Source of the DNA: an uncultured virus (IMG/VR IMGVR_UViG_3300021091_000023)
Lineage: Duplodnaviria; Heunggongvirae; Uroviricota; Caudoviricetes
Strand: one strand, 5' to 3'
Virus record (IMG/VR): IMGVR_UViG_3300021091_000023
Length of the DNA stretch: 64,000 nt
Shown in pieces: positions 8,558 through 18,486 of the stretch (position 1 is its first letter; each line of letters begins with the position of its first letter). The notes beneath the pieces were generated by a model. That model searched no databases. It was not told where the DNA came from and saw only the letters and a list, made by a program, of their open reading frames with translations. A program made the translations under genes and the position numbers.

Positions 8558-9408
8558 ATGGCATATTAACAGGTCAAACAAATATAGAATCTTCAATAAT
8601 ATCGGCAACAACATATCAGAATTTACCCGTAACTGCAGATACGTTCACATCAGCATTCACATATTCAAATAACGTATTTACAATATCAAGAAATCAAGGT
8701 CAACCAAATTTAATAGCAACAATTAATACCGTAACAGGACTTACTGTAAATGGAAATTTAACTGTAACAGGAAATACATCTTTACAAGGATTGACAGCAA
8801 CAACAATCAGTGCGACAACAATAAGTGCAACAACACTCTATGGTGATGGTTCTAATTTAACGGGAGTTAGTGGTGGAGGTTACACCTATGAAATTGGTGA
8901 GTATGTCCCATCACAAGGAGGAGTAATATTTCATAGATACTTAGATGGTGTAAATGAAAACTATCTAGTTGTTGATACCGCTGATTTGAACACATCATCT
9001 GTTTGGAGCAATGTAACTACTACGTTTATTGGTTCAACTGCTCAAAGCACATGGGATGGAAATTCAAATAGTAATGCAATAGTAGGACAAGGTGGATTTA
9101 CAAGTGGAGCAGCTAAATTGTGTTTAGATTCAACTAATAATAGCAAAACAGACTGGTATTTACCGGCTATTGATGAGTTAAGTTTATTATGGCAAAACAG
9201 ATTTAATGTAAATAGAACTTTATTTGGTAGTAGTAGTTATGGGGCAATTGAGGCAGCCACTCAAATTGATTATAATGCCTATTGGAGTAGTGCGGAGGAC
9301 TCCAACAGCACTGCGTGGTACTTCAACTTCGTCAATGGGTTTGCCAGCAACGCCTCTAAGAGCTACACGGCCAATGTGCGTGCTGTAAGAAAATTTAGCT
9401 TACCTTAA
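8558..9408 (+). CDS. Fibre-like protein with a C-terminal DUF1566 (CLec-fold) domain; 5' end frame-disrupted; probable DGR target
   Basis: The frame is open from 8536 to 9408 with no ATG (track start is TTG 8791). ATG 8558 reads MAY*, one base off ILTGQTNIESS. DUF1566 motifs: DWYLPAIDELSLL, YWSS, AWYFNF, VRAVR. Confidence 0.75.
8731..8807 (+). repeat. 77-bp perfect direct repeat, copy 2
   Basis: Identical to 7789-7865, in the same reading frame, offset 942 bp. Confidence 0.95.
9277..9390 (+). other. Putative DGR variable region
   Basis: Abrupt switch to NNC/NNT codons (gcc gac tcc aac agc act tac gtc ttt agc gcc tct agc tac gcc) between YWSS, AW and VRAVR anchors. Confidence 0.7.
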
Positions 9409-9472
9409 TTAAAATCAAATAAAAAATGTAAATATAATTTTTTATATATTACAAATATTTATAAAGTAAAAA

Positions 9473-9589
9473 ATGGGAAGAATAATTCAACAAAATAATG
9501 GTAAAACCACAATTTACGTAACAGGAGAAGATTTTAATAAAACAAAAACAATTTCTTTAGGGGAAAACAAGAACTTTTTAATTTATTAA
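9473..9589 (+). CDS. Small 38-aa ORF (not in the ORF track)
   Basis: MGRIIQQNNGKTTIYVTGEDFNKTKTISLGENKNFLIY*, preceded by TATTTAT (9456-9462) and an A-rich leader. Confidence 0.45.
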   Translation: MGRIIQQNNGKTTIYVTGEDFNKTKTISLGENKNFLIY

Positions 9590-9597
9590 AAAAATAA

Positions 9598-9951
9598 ATG
9601 GAATTTTTTATAAAACAAAATAGTAATTTACCCATTTTGAAAATGGATGTCGTAAGAGACGGGAGAACTGACTCTTGGAAAGACTTTTATTCTATACTTG
9701 ATAATGCAACCATTAGGTTTTCTATGAAAAGTGAAAATGATGGAATTCAAAAAATATTCATGAGGCCAGCATATATAACAGAAAAAGAAAGAAGAAATCC
9801 CGACTCACCAAGAGAATATTATATCTACTACAAGTGGAGAGGAAAAGATACAGAAAAAAAAGGAAGATACATCGGAGAATTTTTAATTGAATTATCAAAC
9901 GGAGAATTAATAGGACCAATTAGAGAAAATTTATATATCAATATTATTTGA
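9598..9951 (+). CDS. Hypothetical protein, possibly a BppU-like beta domain
   Basis: 117 aa; YKW...DT...GRYIGEFLI pattern. Confidence 0.55.
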   Translation: MEFFIKQNSNLPILKMDVVRDGRTDSWKDFYSILDNATIRFSMKSENDGIQKIFMRPAYITEKERRNPDSPREYYIYYKWRGKDTEKKGRYIGEFLIELSNGELIGPIRENLYINII

Positions 9952-9976
9952 CATGGGTAAATTTTACTCTTATATT
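9948..9976 (+). promoter_or_regulatory. Promoter upstream of the DNA polymerase
   Basis: TTGACA-N17-TATATT; also a one-mismatch fit to TTTG-N20-TAnnTTTG. Confidence 0.55.
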
Positions 9977-10039
9977 TAAAACGAAGGTAAATGTTACCAA
10001 TGTGTAACAGCTAATATACCAAACTTAAAATATACAAAT

Positions 10040-12943
10040 ATGGTTCCACAAGAAGAAATTGAACGCTTCCTACATGGCGAAGACGACGAAAAATATATCG
10101 TAGCGTTAGAATACGATTACAAATCAGATAAAATATTTAAAGTAATTCAAGATCCAATCAAAGGTAAACTTCTTAGAATGGATACATTTGTTCCATTTGC
10201 TTGGGTTGGTGACTTACGTAGTAAGAATTTCTATAAAGGTAATAAAGACTTTCAAAAAAAGGCAATGTCTGAAAACGGCATCATTATAGAAAAATTAGAA
10301 GATCATGGAGATGAAAGATTAAAGACAGGACTTACCTTTTTTGTTAAGACCACAAAATCATATTCAAATCTTGTAAATTTTTTCAAGGGTGGAGGACTTG
10401 ATCCATGGGGTAGAGATAACTCTGATTGTATAACAATACTATCACCAGTAGAACAATACCTAATACAAAAAAGTAAAAGACTATTTAAAGGGTTTGATGA
10501 ATATGATGAAATACATAGGTTTGTATTCGATATCGAGACCACAGGTTTAGATCCAAATAAGTGTTCAATATTTCTAATTGGAATGAAAGACAATCGTGGT
10601 TTTATTAAATTATTATCCGCACAAAATGAAGATGAAGAACGACAAATGATCATTGAGTTCTTTGAAACAATTGATAAATTAAAACCTTCCCTTGTTGGTG
10701 GTTACAACTCGGCATTCTTTGACTTTCCTTTTATTTTAAGACGTGCAGAAATATTAAAACTTAACATTAAAAAGATTGCAAAAACTTTAAATCCTGATTA
10801 TTCACTAAAACAAAAAGAAGGAATATTAAAGTTAGCAAATGAAATGGAACCTTACACACAAACTCAAATGTGGGGTTACAATATTATTGATATTGCACAT
10901 GCGGTTCGTAGAGCACAGGCAATTAATTCAGACATCAAGAGTTGGTCTTTGAAGTACATTACAAAATTTATTGAAGCAGAAAAAGAAAATCGTGTTTATG
11001 TTGAAGGTGATAAGATTGGTAAAATATATTTTGATAACCATGAGTATTGGATGAACAAAGAAAATGGAAACTACAAAAAAGTAGGGTTTGATTCTAAAAT
11101 AGATGAGATTTGTTCAAGAAGGGATGATGTATATTTTAAAACAAATGGTTCAAAAATAATTGAGAATTATCTTGATGATGACTTATATGAAACGATGATT
11201 GTTGACGAACAGTTTAATCAAGCAAACTTTTTGTTGTCTAAACTTGTACCAACAACATACGAAAGACTTTCAACTATGGGTACTGCAACTTTATGGAAAA
11301 TGATTATGTGTGCTTGGTCATATAAACATAATTTAGCGATCCCAAGAAAACTCCCAAAAAGAAAATTTACAGGAGGTCTTTCAAGACTACTTCAAGTCGG
11401 TTATTCGAAGAACGTATTAAAACTTGACTACTCATCACTCTATCCTTCTATTCAGTTGGTTCATGATGTGTTTCCTAAATGTGACGTAACAGGTGCGATG
11501 AAAAGTATGTTAAAATACTTTAGGGACACTCGTATAAAATATAAAAACTTAGCAGGTGAATTTAAAAAAACGGATCCGAAACTTTCTGTCTCATACGACA
11601 GGAAACAGTTACCAATTAAAATCTTTATCAACGCCTTCTTTGGATCATTATCAGCACCTCAAGTCTTCCCTTGGGGTGATATGGACATGGGAGAACAGAT
11701 TACGTGTACCGGTAGGCAATATCTACGACAGATGATTATGTACTTTATGAGTAAAGGTTATGTTCCTCTTGTAATGGACACGGATGGTGTAAACTTTGAA
11801 ACACCTGATGATGTTGATACTCACCACTATATAGGTAAAGGTCTTAATGATTTAGTGGAAAAAGATAAAGGGTATTGGGGTTCTGAGGCTGATGTTGCAG
11901 AATACAATGATTTATTTTTAAGAAACGAAATGGGTCTTGATATTGATGGTCTTTGGCCTTCAACAATAAATGTGGCAAGAAAAAACTACGCACTTCTTAC
12001 AGATAAAGGTAAGGTTAAACTTACAGGAAATACCATCAAATCTAAAAAATTACAAACGTATGTTGCAGAATTTTTGGACAAAGGGTTAAGAATGCTACTT
12101 GATGGTGAGGGGTCAGAATTTTTAGATTTCTACTATGAGTATGTAGAAAAACTTTTTAATAGACAAATACCATTATCTAAAATTGCAAATAAGGCACGTG
12201 TAAAACAATCCGTAGAAGATTACAGGGTACATGTTACTAAAAAAACAAAGGCAGGAAACTCTATGTCACGTCAAGCACATATGGAACTTTTGATACGTGC
12301 CGGTATTAGTCCAGGTTTAGGTGATACTGTTTATTATGTAAATAATGGTGAAAAGAAATCACATGGGGACGTTCAAAAAAAGACAAGAAAAATTAAATCA
12401 ACGAAAGAAGAAGTTTCTCTTTATGAAACAAATAATGGTAAACCTTTACCTATTGAGTATGAAGATGATATAGTTTTGAACTGTTATCTAATTAATGAGC
12501 AAGATATAGAAAAAACTCCTGACTTACTTGGTGAATACAATATTGCAAGATACATGGCCGCCTTTAACAAGAGAATCGAACCATTACTTGTTGTTTTTAA
12601 ACCTGAAATTAGAGATGAGATATTAATTGAAGATCCAATAGATAGACCAATATTTACTAAAGCACAAACTGAATTAGATAGAGGCACACCTAAAAAAGAA
12701 AAAGACCAAGATAAATTAGATGAGGTTTTAACTTTATCGGATATGGAATTAGAATTTTGGCAATCAACAGGTATCGACCCTTATTATATGTATTTAGAAA
12801 ATACTTTAGAATTAGTTGATAACGAATATGTAGAAAAAAATAATATTCTTATGAAGACTAGAGTTAAAAAAGTTAAAATAGATAATGAAGAAATATATGA
12901 ATTTGATGAAGATGGGGATTTAATGTCTTTAGTATTTGACTAA
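10040..12943 (+). CDS. Family B DNA polymerase
   Basis: Exonuclease motifs FDIETTG and GYNSAFFDFP; polymerase motifs LDYSSLYPS, KIFINAFFG, MDTDG and KNYA. Confidence 0.95.
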   Translation: MVPQEEIERFLHGEDDEKYIVALEYDYKSDKIFKVIQDPIKGKLLRMDTFVPFAWVGDLRSKNFYKGNKDFQKKAMSENGIIIEKLEDHGDERLKTGLTFFVKTTKSYSNLVNFFKGGGLDPWGRDNSDCITILSPVEQYLIQKSKRLFKGFDEYDEIHRFVFDIETTGLDPNKCSIFLIGMKDNRGFIKLLSAQNEDEERQMIIEFFETIDKLKPSLVGGYNSAFFDFPFILRRAEILKLNIKKIAKTLNPDYSLKQKEGILKLANEMEPYTQTQMWGYNIIDIAHAVRRAQAINSDIKSWSLKYITKFIEAEKENRVYVEGDKIGKIYFDNHEYWMNKENGNYKKVGFDSKIDEICSRRDDVYFKTNGSKIIENYLDDDLYETMIVDEQFNQANFLLSKLVPTTYERLSTMGTATLWKMIMCAWSYKHNLAIPRKLPKRKFTGGLSRLLQVGYSKNVLKLDYSSLYPSIQLVHDVFPKCDVTGAMKSMLKYFRDTRIKYKNLAGEFKKTDPKLSVSYDRKQLPIKIFINAFFGSLSAPQVFPWGDMDMGEQITCTGRQYLRQMIMYFMSKGYVPLVMDTDGVNFETPDDVDTHHYIGKGLNDLVEKDKGYWGSEADVAEYNDLFLRNEMGLDIDGLWPSTINVARKNYALLTDKGKVKLTGNTIKSKKLQTYVAEFLDKGLRMLLDGEGSEFLDFYYEYVEKLFNRQIPLSKIANKARVKQSVEDYRVHVTKKTKAGNSMSRQAHMELLIRAGISPGLGDTVYYVNNGEKKSHGDVQKKTRKIKSTKEEVSLYETNNGKPLPIEYEDDIVLNCYLINEQDIEKTPDLLGEYNIARYMAAFNKRIEPLLVVFKPEIRDEILIEDPIDRPIFTKAQTELDRGTPKKEKDQDKLDEVLTLSDMELEFWQSTGIDPYYMYLENTLELVDNEYVEKNNILMKTRVKKVKIDNEEIYEFDEDGDLMSLVFD

Positions 12944-13272
12944 GAATTTTTTAAACCATCTGAAGATAAGATATACCAACCACCATTTACGTATTTAAAC
13001 TCAACACAAGAACCTTTACCTAACTCAACTTCACTAAATTCATCATCTATTAATCTGTTGGTCTTTACGATTGTATTAGTTAAAGATTTTATAACTACAT
13101 GGTCACTTGTGTTTTCATTAAGTATTACTTCACAATTTGATATTCCTTTTGTTATTATAACATATTCACCATTTACTTCATATGTTGAATTTGAAACTAT
13201 TGCAGAATCTGAAGTCTCAATTAAATTACCATTTATTATTCTTTGTGATGATACGGTTCTAAAAACTGCCAT
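12940..13272 (-). CDS. Hypothetical beta-rich protein
   Basis: 110-aa ORF downstream of the neck gene. Confidence 0.6.
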   Translation of the reverse strand: MAVFRTVSSQRIINGNLIETSDSAIVSNSTYEVNGEYVIITKGISNCEVILNENTSDHVVIKSLTNTIVKTNRLIDDEFSEVELGKGSCVEFKYVNGGWYILSSDGLKNS

Positions 13273-13278
13273 GAAAAA

Positions 13279-14397
13279 TTATATAATATTATACGGACTT
13301 GTAAATGGTCTAAATTTAAGTGCCTTATTCATATTTTCAGCCATTGCTCCTTTTATCTCCCACTGTTTTTCGGGTCTTAATCTTTCGAGTCTTGTTTTCA
13401 ATTCTTCCCACAAAATTGTTTTTTCATCTTTTGCTTCGGTATTCAAACTCTGCCATTCTAAAGTCAATTCACTATCAGGTGTTTTCAAATTACCGCCATA
13501 TTTACCTCTAACTTTCGCTAATGTTTCTTTACAATATGCAGTAAACCACCTTCTAACCCAAGTTTGTGCGGGACTATTTAATTCGTCCCATCTTGTTTCG
13601 TCTATTGGAATATCGGAAGGTAATCTAACAACATCAGGATTTTTCGCTAAACAGTCCTCTCTATCAAAAGTATCGTAATACCAATACCAAACTTTGTAGT
13701 CATTTCTTTTCATGTTTCCAAAGTCAAATTTACCACCAGGTACGTTATATAAATGTATTGCCTTTTTACCTTCAGGAAGTGCTGTTATTCTATATGTTAA
13801 ATCTCCAGTTATAATTCTTCTTTTCATTTGTATGTCTTGCATTCTTAAAAGAATATCAAACGCTGGTGTAATAAAATAATTTCCTGTTGTCCCCATTTGT
13901 GAAAAACCGGCACCACCACCAAGACCAATACCTCCGAATCCACCAAAACCACCCATAAACGGGTCAAAGTAGGCCGCGTCAAGTTCTGAACGTGCAAACC
14001 ATAAAAGTTCATTCACTTCTCTACCCGCAGGTATTTCATAAATTTGTTGGTTTGGTATTAAATCAATATAATCTTTTTGTAGTACGTAATCACCGCCGGC
14101 TTGTAATCCAACAATTTTTGAGTAGGCATACGTATATTGAGTTTCCCAATCCAAACTTCTTGTAATAAACGCCTTTGTTAGTGATTGTTCGTCAAGATTT
14201 AAACCATAAAGAGATGACCACTGAGTTTCAATTAACCAATCATTAACATGTTGTGAATAGTCCTGAATTGACAACTCTAAAAGTGAGTCCATCATTTCAT
14301 CTTCCAATTCAACACCTCTTAATGGTGCACCCAAAAGATTTCTAATTCTTTTATATAATTTACTTCTATGTGGTTCTGAAATAATTGATGTAGACAT
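13279..14397 (-). CDS. Neck/head-tail adaptor protein (T4 gp13-like)
   Basis: LGAP...VELEDE at the N-terminus; W...WFTAYCKETLAKVRGKY...P....L....L..EA..E at the C-terminus. Confidence 0.7.
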   Translation of the reverse strand: MSTSIISEPHRSKLYKRIRNLLGAPLRGVELEDEMMDSLLELSIQDYSQHVNDWLIETQWSSLYGLNLDEQSLTKAFITRSLDWETQYTYAYSKIVGLQAGGDYVLQKDYIDLIPNQQIYEIPAGREVNELLWFARSELDAAYFDPFMGGFGGFGGIGLGGGAGFSQMGTTGNYFITPAFDILLRMQDIQMKRRIITGDLTYRITALPEGKKAIHLYNVPGGKFDFGNMKRNDYKVWYWYYDTFDREDCLAKNPDVVRLPSDIPIDETRWDELNSPAQTWVRRWFTAYCKETLAKVRGKYGGNLKTPDSELTLEWQSLNTEAKDEKTILWEELKTRLERLRPEKQWEIKGAMAENMNKALKFRPFTSPYNII

Positions 14398-14424
14398 AAG
14401 AATATTTTTTATATAAATATCTTA

Positions 14425-15513
14425 TCATTGTGCTTTGTTTCTTTCTATTTGTGTTGTGTAAAGATCTGTAACAAAATGCCAATTAACGACTTTCCAAAAA
14501 TTGTGAATATATCGGTCCCTTTCGTTTTTATATTTTAGATAATATGCATGTTCCCATAAATCTAACCCAAGTAAAGGATAAGATTTATTTTTACCACTCA
14601 TCATTAGAGGGTTGTCTTGATTTGGGGTCGTTACGATTTTTAATCTATTTGCTTTAGTTAGTACTAACCAAACCCAACCAGAACCAAATTTTGATTTTGC
14701 TTCCTCCTCAAATTTTTCTTTAAATTTATCAAATGACCCAAATATTGATTCTAATTTATAAAGTAATGGGTTTTCTAATTTGGTTTTTTTTGGTGACAAC
14801 ATTTTCCAAAAAAGTGCGTGATTAAAAGCACCACCACCGTTATTTCTAACTTTATTATTGAATTTAGAAATACCTGATATTATCTCCTCTAAATCTAAAT
14901 CTTTACCTTTTATTTTTTCTAACTCACCATTTAACTTTTCAACATACCCTTTGTAGTGTTTTGTGTAGTGGGTCTTCATTGTTTCAGAATCGATAAAATC
15001 TTCTAATTCATCGAATTCGTATGGTAATTTTTCAATAGATATTTTTTTTATTTCAGAAATAATTTGTGTATTATTAAAAGATTCTACTTGTAGTAATAAT
15101 TCTAAATTATTAATTTGTTCGGTAAACATTTTATATATTCTCGGTAATAAAGACTTATTACTTTTTTCAAATTTTTTCATAATTTCACCAGCAATTGCGT
15201 TTGCATCATCCTCATTTTTACCTCCGATGTTAGGTCCTTTTTTTCTTTTTTGTACCGTCCTTTGATATTCGTGTGACCACTCGTGAGCTAAAGTCCTAAG
15301 TATGTCTCTATTTAATCTATCTTTTATTAAAATTTTAAGCTTGTGTTTGTCAGTCCTACTACCGGTAGTCATTTTACCAGTTCTTTTGGTCATAAAATCA
15401 ATAACAATATCTTCTTTAAGAGGATATTCCTTTTTTAAAAAATCAATAAATTTTTCTACTAATTTTTTTTGTTCTTTTGATATTCCATCAGGGTAAATAA
15501 TTTCTATGTCCAT
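14425..15513 (-). CDS. sod: Fusion of an HExxH metallopeptidase-like domain and an Fe/Mn superoxide dismutase
   Basis: N-terminal TLAHEWSHE...EDDANA; C-terminal LPY...HYTKHYKGY, NNGGGAFNHALFW, FGSGWVWL, NQDNP, DLWEHAYYLKY. Confidence 0.9.
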   Translation of the reverse strand: MDIEIIYPDGISKEQKKLVEKFIDFLKKEYPLKEDIVIDFMTKRTGKMTTGSRTDKHKLKILIKDRLNRDILRTLAHEWSHEYQRTVQKRKKGPNIGGKNEDDANAIAGEIMKKFEKSNKSLLPRIYKMFTEQINNLELLLQVESFNNTQIISEIKKISIEKLPYEFDELEDFIDSETMKTHYTKHYKGYVEKLNGELEKIKGKDLDLEEIISGISKFNNKVRNNGGGAFNHALFWKMLSPKKTKLENPLLYKLESIFGSFDKFKEKFEEEAKSKFGSGWVWLVLTKANRLKIVTTPNQDNPLMMSGKNKSYPLLGLDLWEHAYYLKYKNERDRYIHNFWKVVNWHFVTDLYTTQIERNKAQ

Positions 15514-15525
15514 AATATATAAATA

Positions 15526-18390
15526 TCACCTCTTATGAGAAATCATATTTAACACTTCTTCAATAGCAGATGCGTCTTCCATAAGACCATCACCCATCAC
15601 AGTAGATATTATTTTTTTCTTTCTATTAAGGATATCATATATAACACCTTCTATTGTGTTTTCAAAAAGTGGGTAGTAAACTGATGTTGAATTTTTTTGA
15701 CCAATTCTATGTGATCTGTCTTCTGCTTGTGCGTGTTCTGCAGGCACAAACGATAAGTCATTCATAATAACGGCCTCCGCTGAGGTTAAAGTAATACCAA
15801 CACCTGCAGCCTTTAAGTTCCCAACGAAAACTTTAATCTTGTCGTTTTCTTGAAAATCGTCCACCGCCTTTTGACGATGAGGTTTTGAACATGAACCATC
15901 TAAATAAACCGCTTGTTTTCCAAAATGTTCATATATTGTTTTTAAAGTGTCGGTGAAGTTTGTAAATATGATTACTTTTTTTCCTTGCTCTATAATGTTT
16001 TCTGCTAACTCAATAGTGTTTTTTACTTTTTCTTCAGCAATCACTTTTCTAACTTTCATTAGTTTTCCAAACTGAATTGTTAAAGATGATGACTCTTCTG
16101 AGTTGTTATCATACCAATTAAAATATTCACCCATAAGTTCTTCATAGTCTTTAGATTTTAATCTTAAATAAACGGGTGTTATAATTTTATCAGGTAAATC
16201 TAAAACATCTTCTTTTAATCTTCTTAAAATATGTGTTTGAGTTCTTTCTCTTAATTCATCTAAATTTGATGCTCCCGTTACATTCCAAACTTTTCTTTTT
16301 CCAACACTAAATTGGAATCCATTACAATATCTTCTTGCGTAAGCCATCCAATTTGCAGCAACAGGACTTTCAACTAAACTTAAAAGATTATAATAATTCA
16401 TTGGTCTTGATGTCATTGGAGTCCCTGTCAATAACCAAACTCTTTCAACTTTACCACATAAATTATTTACAATCTTTGTTCTTTGTGCTTGTGGATTCGA
16501 TATCATATGTGCTTCATCCATAATAACCAAATCAAAATTTGAATTTAAAATTGTGGATTCTTCTTTCTTTTTTGGGTCGTGAAAGTTTTTTAATATGTCA
16601 TAGTTAATTATAACAAAATCAGATTCACTTGAAAATTTTTTACCTTCTGCAATATATACGGTTCTATCTGAATAATTTTCAATTTCACGTTGCCAATTTA
16701 TTTTTAAAGATGCCGGACATATAATTAAAATCTTTTTAGCCCCGGTTTCAAGTGCAGATATAATTGTTGAGGTTGTATTATGGGTTACAATACAATGTTC
16801 TGTGACGTATAATTTATCTGGTGAATCAACAGAAATACAAACACTATCTTCAAAACCAACTTTTTCAATATTTTTAATATATCTACCAGTTGGGTATTTT
16901 GTTGGTTCAACATACCTTTCGGCCTTTCGTTTTAATCTAAATGGGTTCATACCCTTCGGTAATTTAATATTAACCCTATATACTAACTTACCTTTCTTTT
17001 TTTCACCATTATGTGTATATGTTGGGATACGAGTTTTGACTCTAGCAATACCACCTAATGTTTGAACAATCTCAACAACATCATCACATAGTTGTTTTGA
17101 TACAGTACAAAATTCAGTCCCTAAAAACTTCCCACTTCCATTAAACATACAATGTCCATCAGTATCCATTAATCCTTGTAGAATTGCTAACCTATTTTCA
17201 ATTGATGAATATTTGTATATTTCTGGAATAAATTTAGTTTGAGACCGCGTATGTTCAATACCTAAATCATACAATGAAGTACCAACATTAATACCCCCAC
17301 CCCTTTGATTAATCCTTGTTTTATGTTCATTCAATGGAAATGACTCAAACATATCGTCATAATCATCTTTATGTACCGAAAATCTAATGTTTTTTTGTCT
17401 GAACGAACCGTCACCTAATCCAAGACCTAATAAATAAGAATCTATCGGAAGAATATCATCCCGTTCAAATTGAATTGGATCAACGATTGGAATTTGCCAT
17501 TTATTGTTACCGTTCGATGATTTATAATAAGTTTCAATTTCATATTCCCTAGCTTTATTGTAGTCATTACCTTTAACTTTAATTTTACCACCCTCAAACA
17601 TTTGTTTGGTTGATAATACTATGGTTTTTTTTCGTCTTTCGTTTTTTCTATTTTTACCATAATTTGGTGATGATACAGACCATAAATGATATCCGTCTGT
17701 TTTTATTTTAACACCATCATTAAAGGTGATTTCATAAATGTCCTGTTCAGGTTGGGGGTAAACACCTGTAACTTTATATGTTGCACCATCGCTACCGATT
17801 ATTTCATCACCGACTAAAGTATTTCCAATTTTTTTAGTCCCATAAGGTGTGTAGATAATTGTCGACTTCAATAGACCTTTCCCCAATCCCATATCGTCAG
17901 CTAAAATAAACTTTTTGTTTCTAACAAGTTTTTCAATAGCCTCTTTTTGATGAACCATCGGTGCCCTGTGATCGTATTTTGAATATTCAATCACAACATT
18001 TTTAACTTCATTATCTTTTATAAGTGCTGTTTTTGGAATCCAAAAATCATGTAAAGTTTCACCACTAAATATTTTACCCCAAATGTGATATGATTTATCT
18101 TTTTCAACTAATAACTTTTCAACGTATATTTCTGACGGTTCCTTCGTATACATTTTATCTTCCATCATTTTTTTTCCAAAGTATGAATCGAGTTTTACCC
18201 ATTTTTTTGCAACCTTTGGTGTTCGTCCGTGAAAGTTAATTATGTATTCTGCTTGAGATCTTGTTGGTGTAAATGATTTACTATTTTGTTTTTTGTGTTT
18301 TAATCCTAAGATATAGTTATTTAATCCTACATAATCATCTAACATTTGAAGGGCTCTTGTTTCGAGAGTTTTTGAAATTAATTCTTCCAT
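15526..18390 (-). CDS. SNF2-family (HARP/SMARCAL1-like) helicase containing an intein
   Basis: LADDMGLGK[intein]TT, CPASLKINW, DEAH, LTGTP, GVGITLT, QAEDRSHRIGQ. Probable start is MEELISK at 18390 (track start 18459). Confidence 0.9.
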   Translation of the reverse strand: MEELISKTLETRALQMLDDYVGLNNYILGLKHKKQNSKSFTPTRSQAEYIINFHGRTPKVAKKWVKLDSYFGKKMMEDKMYTKEPSEIYVEKLLVEKDKSYHIWGKIFSGETLHDFWIPKTALIKDNEVKNVVIEYSKYDHRAPMVHQKEAIEKLVRNKKFILADDMGLGKGLLKSTIIYTPYGTKKIGNTLVGDEIIGSDGATYKVTGVYPQPEQDIYEITFNDGVKIKTDGYHLWSVSSPNYGKNRKNERRKKTIVLSTKQMFEGGKIKVKGNDYNKAREYEIETYYKSSNGNNKWQIPIVDPIQFERDDILPIDSYLLGLGLGDGSFRQKNIRFSVHKDDYDDMFESFPLNEHKTRINQRGGGINVGTSLYDLGIEHTRSQTKFIPEIYKYSSIENRLAILQGLMDTDGHCMFNGSGKFLGTEFCTVSKQLCDDVVEIVQTLGGIARVKTRIPTYTHNGEKKKGKLVYRVNIKLPKGMNPFRLKRKAERYVEPTKYPTGRYIKNIEKVGFEDSVCISVDSPDKLYVTEHCIVTHNTTSTIISALETGAKKILIICPASLKINWQREIENYSDRTVYIAEGKKFSSESDFVIINYDILKNFHDPKKKEESTILNSNFDLVIMDEAHMISNPQAQRTKIVNNLCGKVERVWLLTGTPMTSRPMNYYNLLSLVESPVAANWMAYARRYCNGFQFSVGKRKVWNVTGASNLDELRERTQTHILRRLKEDVLDLPDKIITPVYLRLKSKDYEELMGEYFNWYDNNSEESSSLTIQFGKLMKVRKVIAEEKVKNTIELAENIIEQGKKVIIFTNFTDTLKTIYEHFGKQAVYLDGSCSKPHRQKAVDDFQENDKIKVFVGNLKAAGVGITLTSAEAVIMNDLSFVPAEHAQAEDRSHRIGQKNSTSVYYPLFENTIEGVIYDILNRKKKIISTVMGDGLMEDASAIEEVLNMISHKR
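16777..17877 (-). mobile_element. Class 3-type intein (367 aa) with a LAGLIDADG endonuclease, inserted in Walker A
   Basis: Removing it restores DDMGLGKTT. It starts with Gly and ends VTHN/T. LAGLIDADG motifs LLGLGLGDG and LQGLMDTDG; HLW, VCISV and THN give the WCT triplet. Confidence 0.88.
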
Positions 18391-18486
18391 TATATTATAA
18401 ATAAAAATAGTAAATAATATAAAAAAAACAACTTTTTTTTTTAATGATATATTTATCAAATGAATTAAACTTGTAAAAATTAAAAA

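Noticed and set aside
18391..18459. N-terminal extension MINISLKKKVVFFILF... of the SNF2 ORF
   Set aside because: It runs through poly-A/T intergenic sequence containing the divergent gene's promoter motif; ATG 18390 is more plausible.
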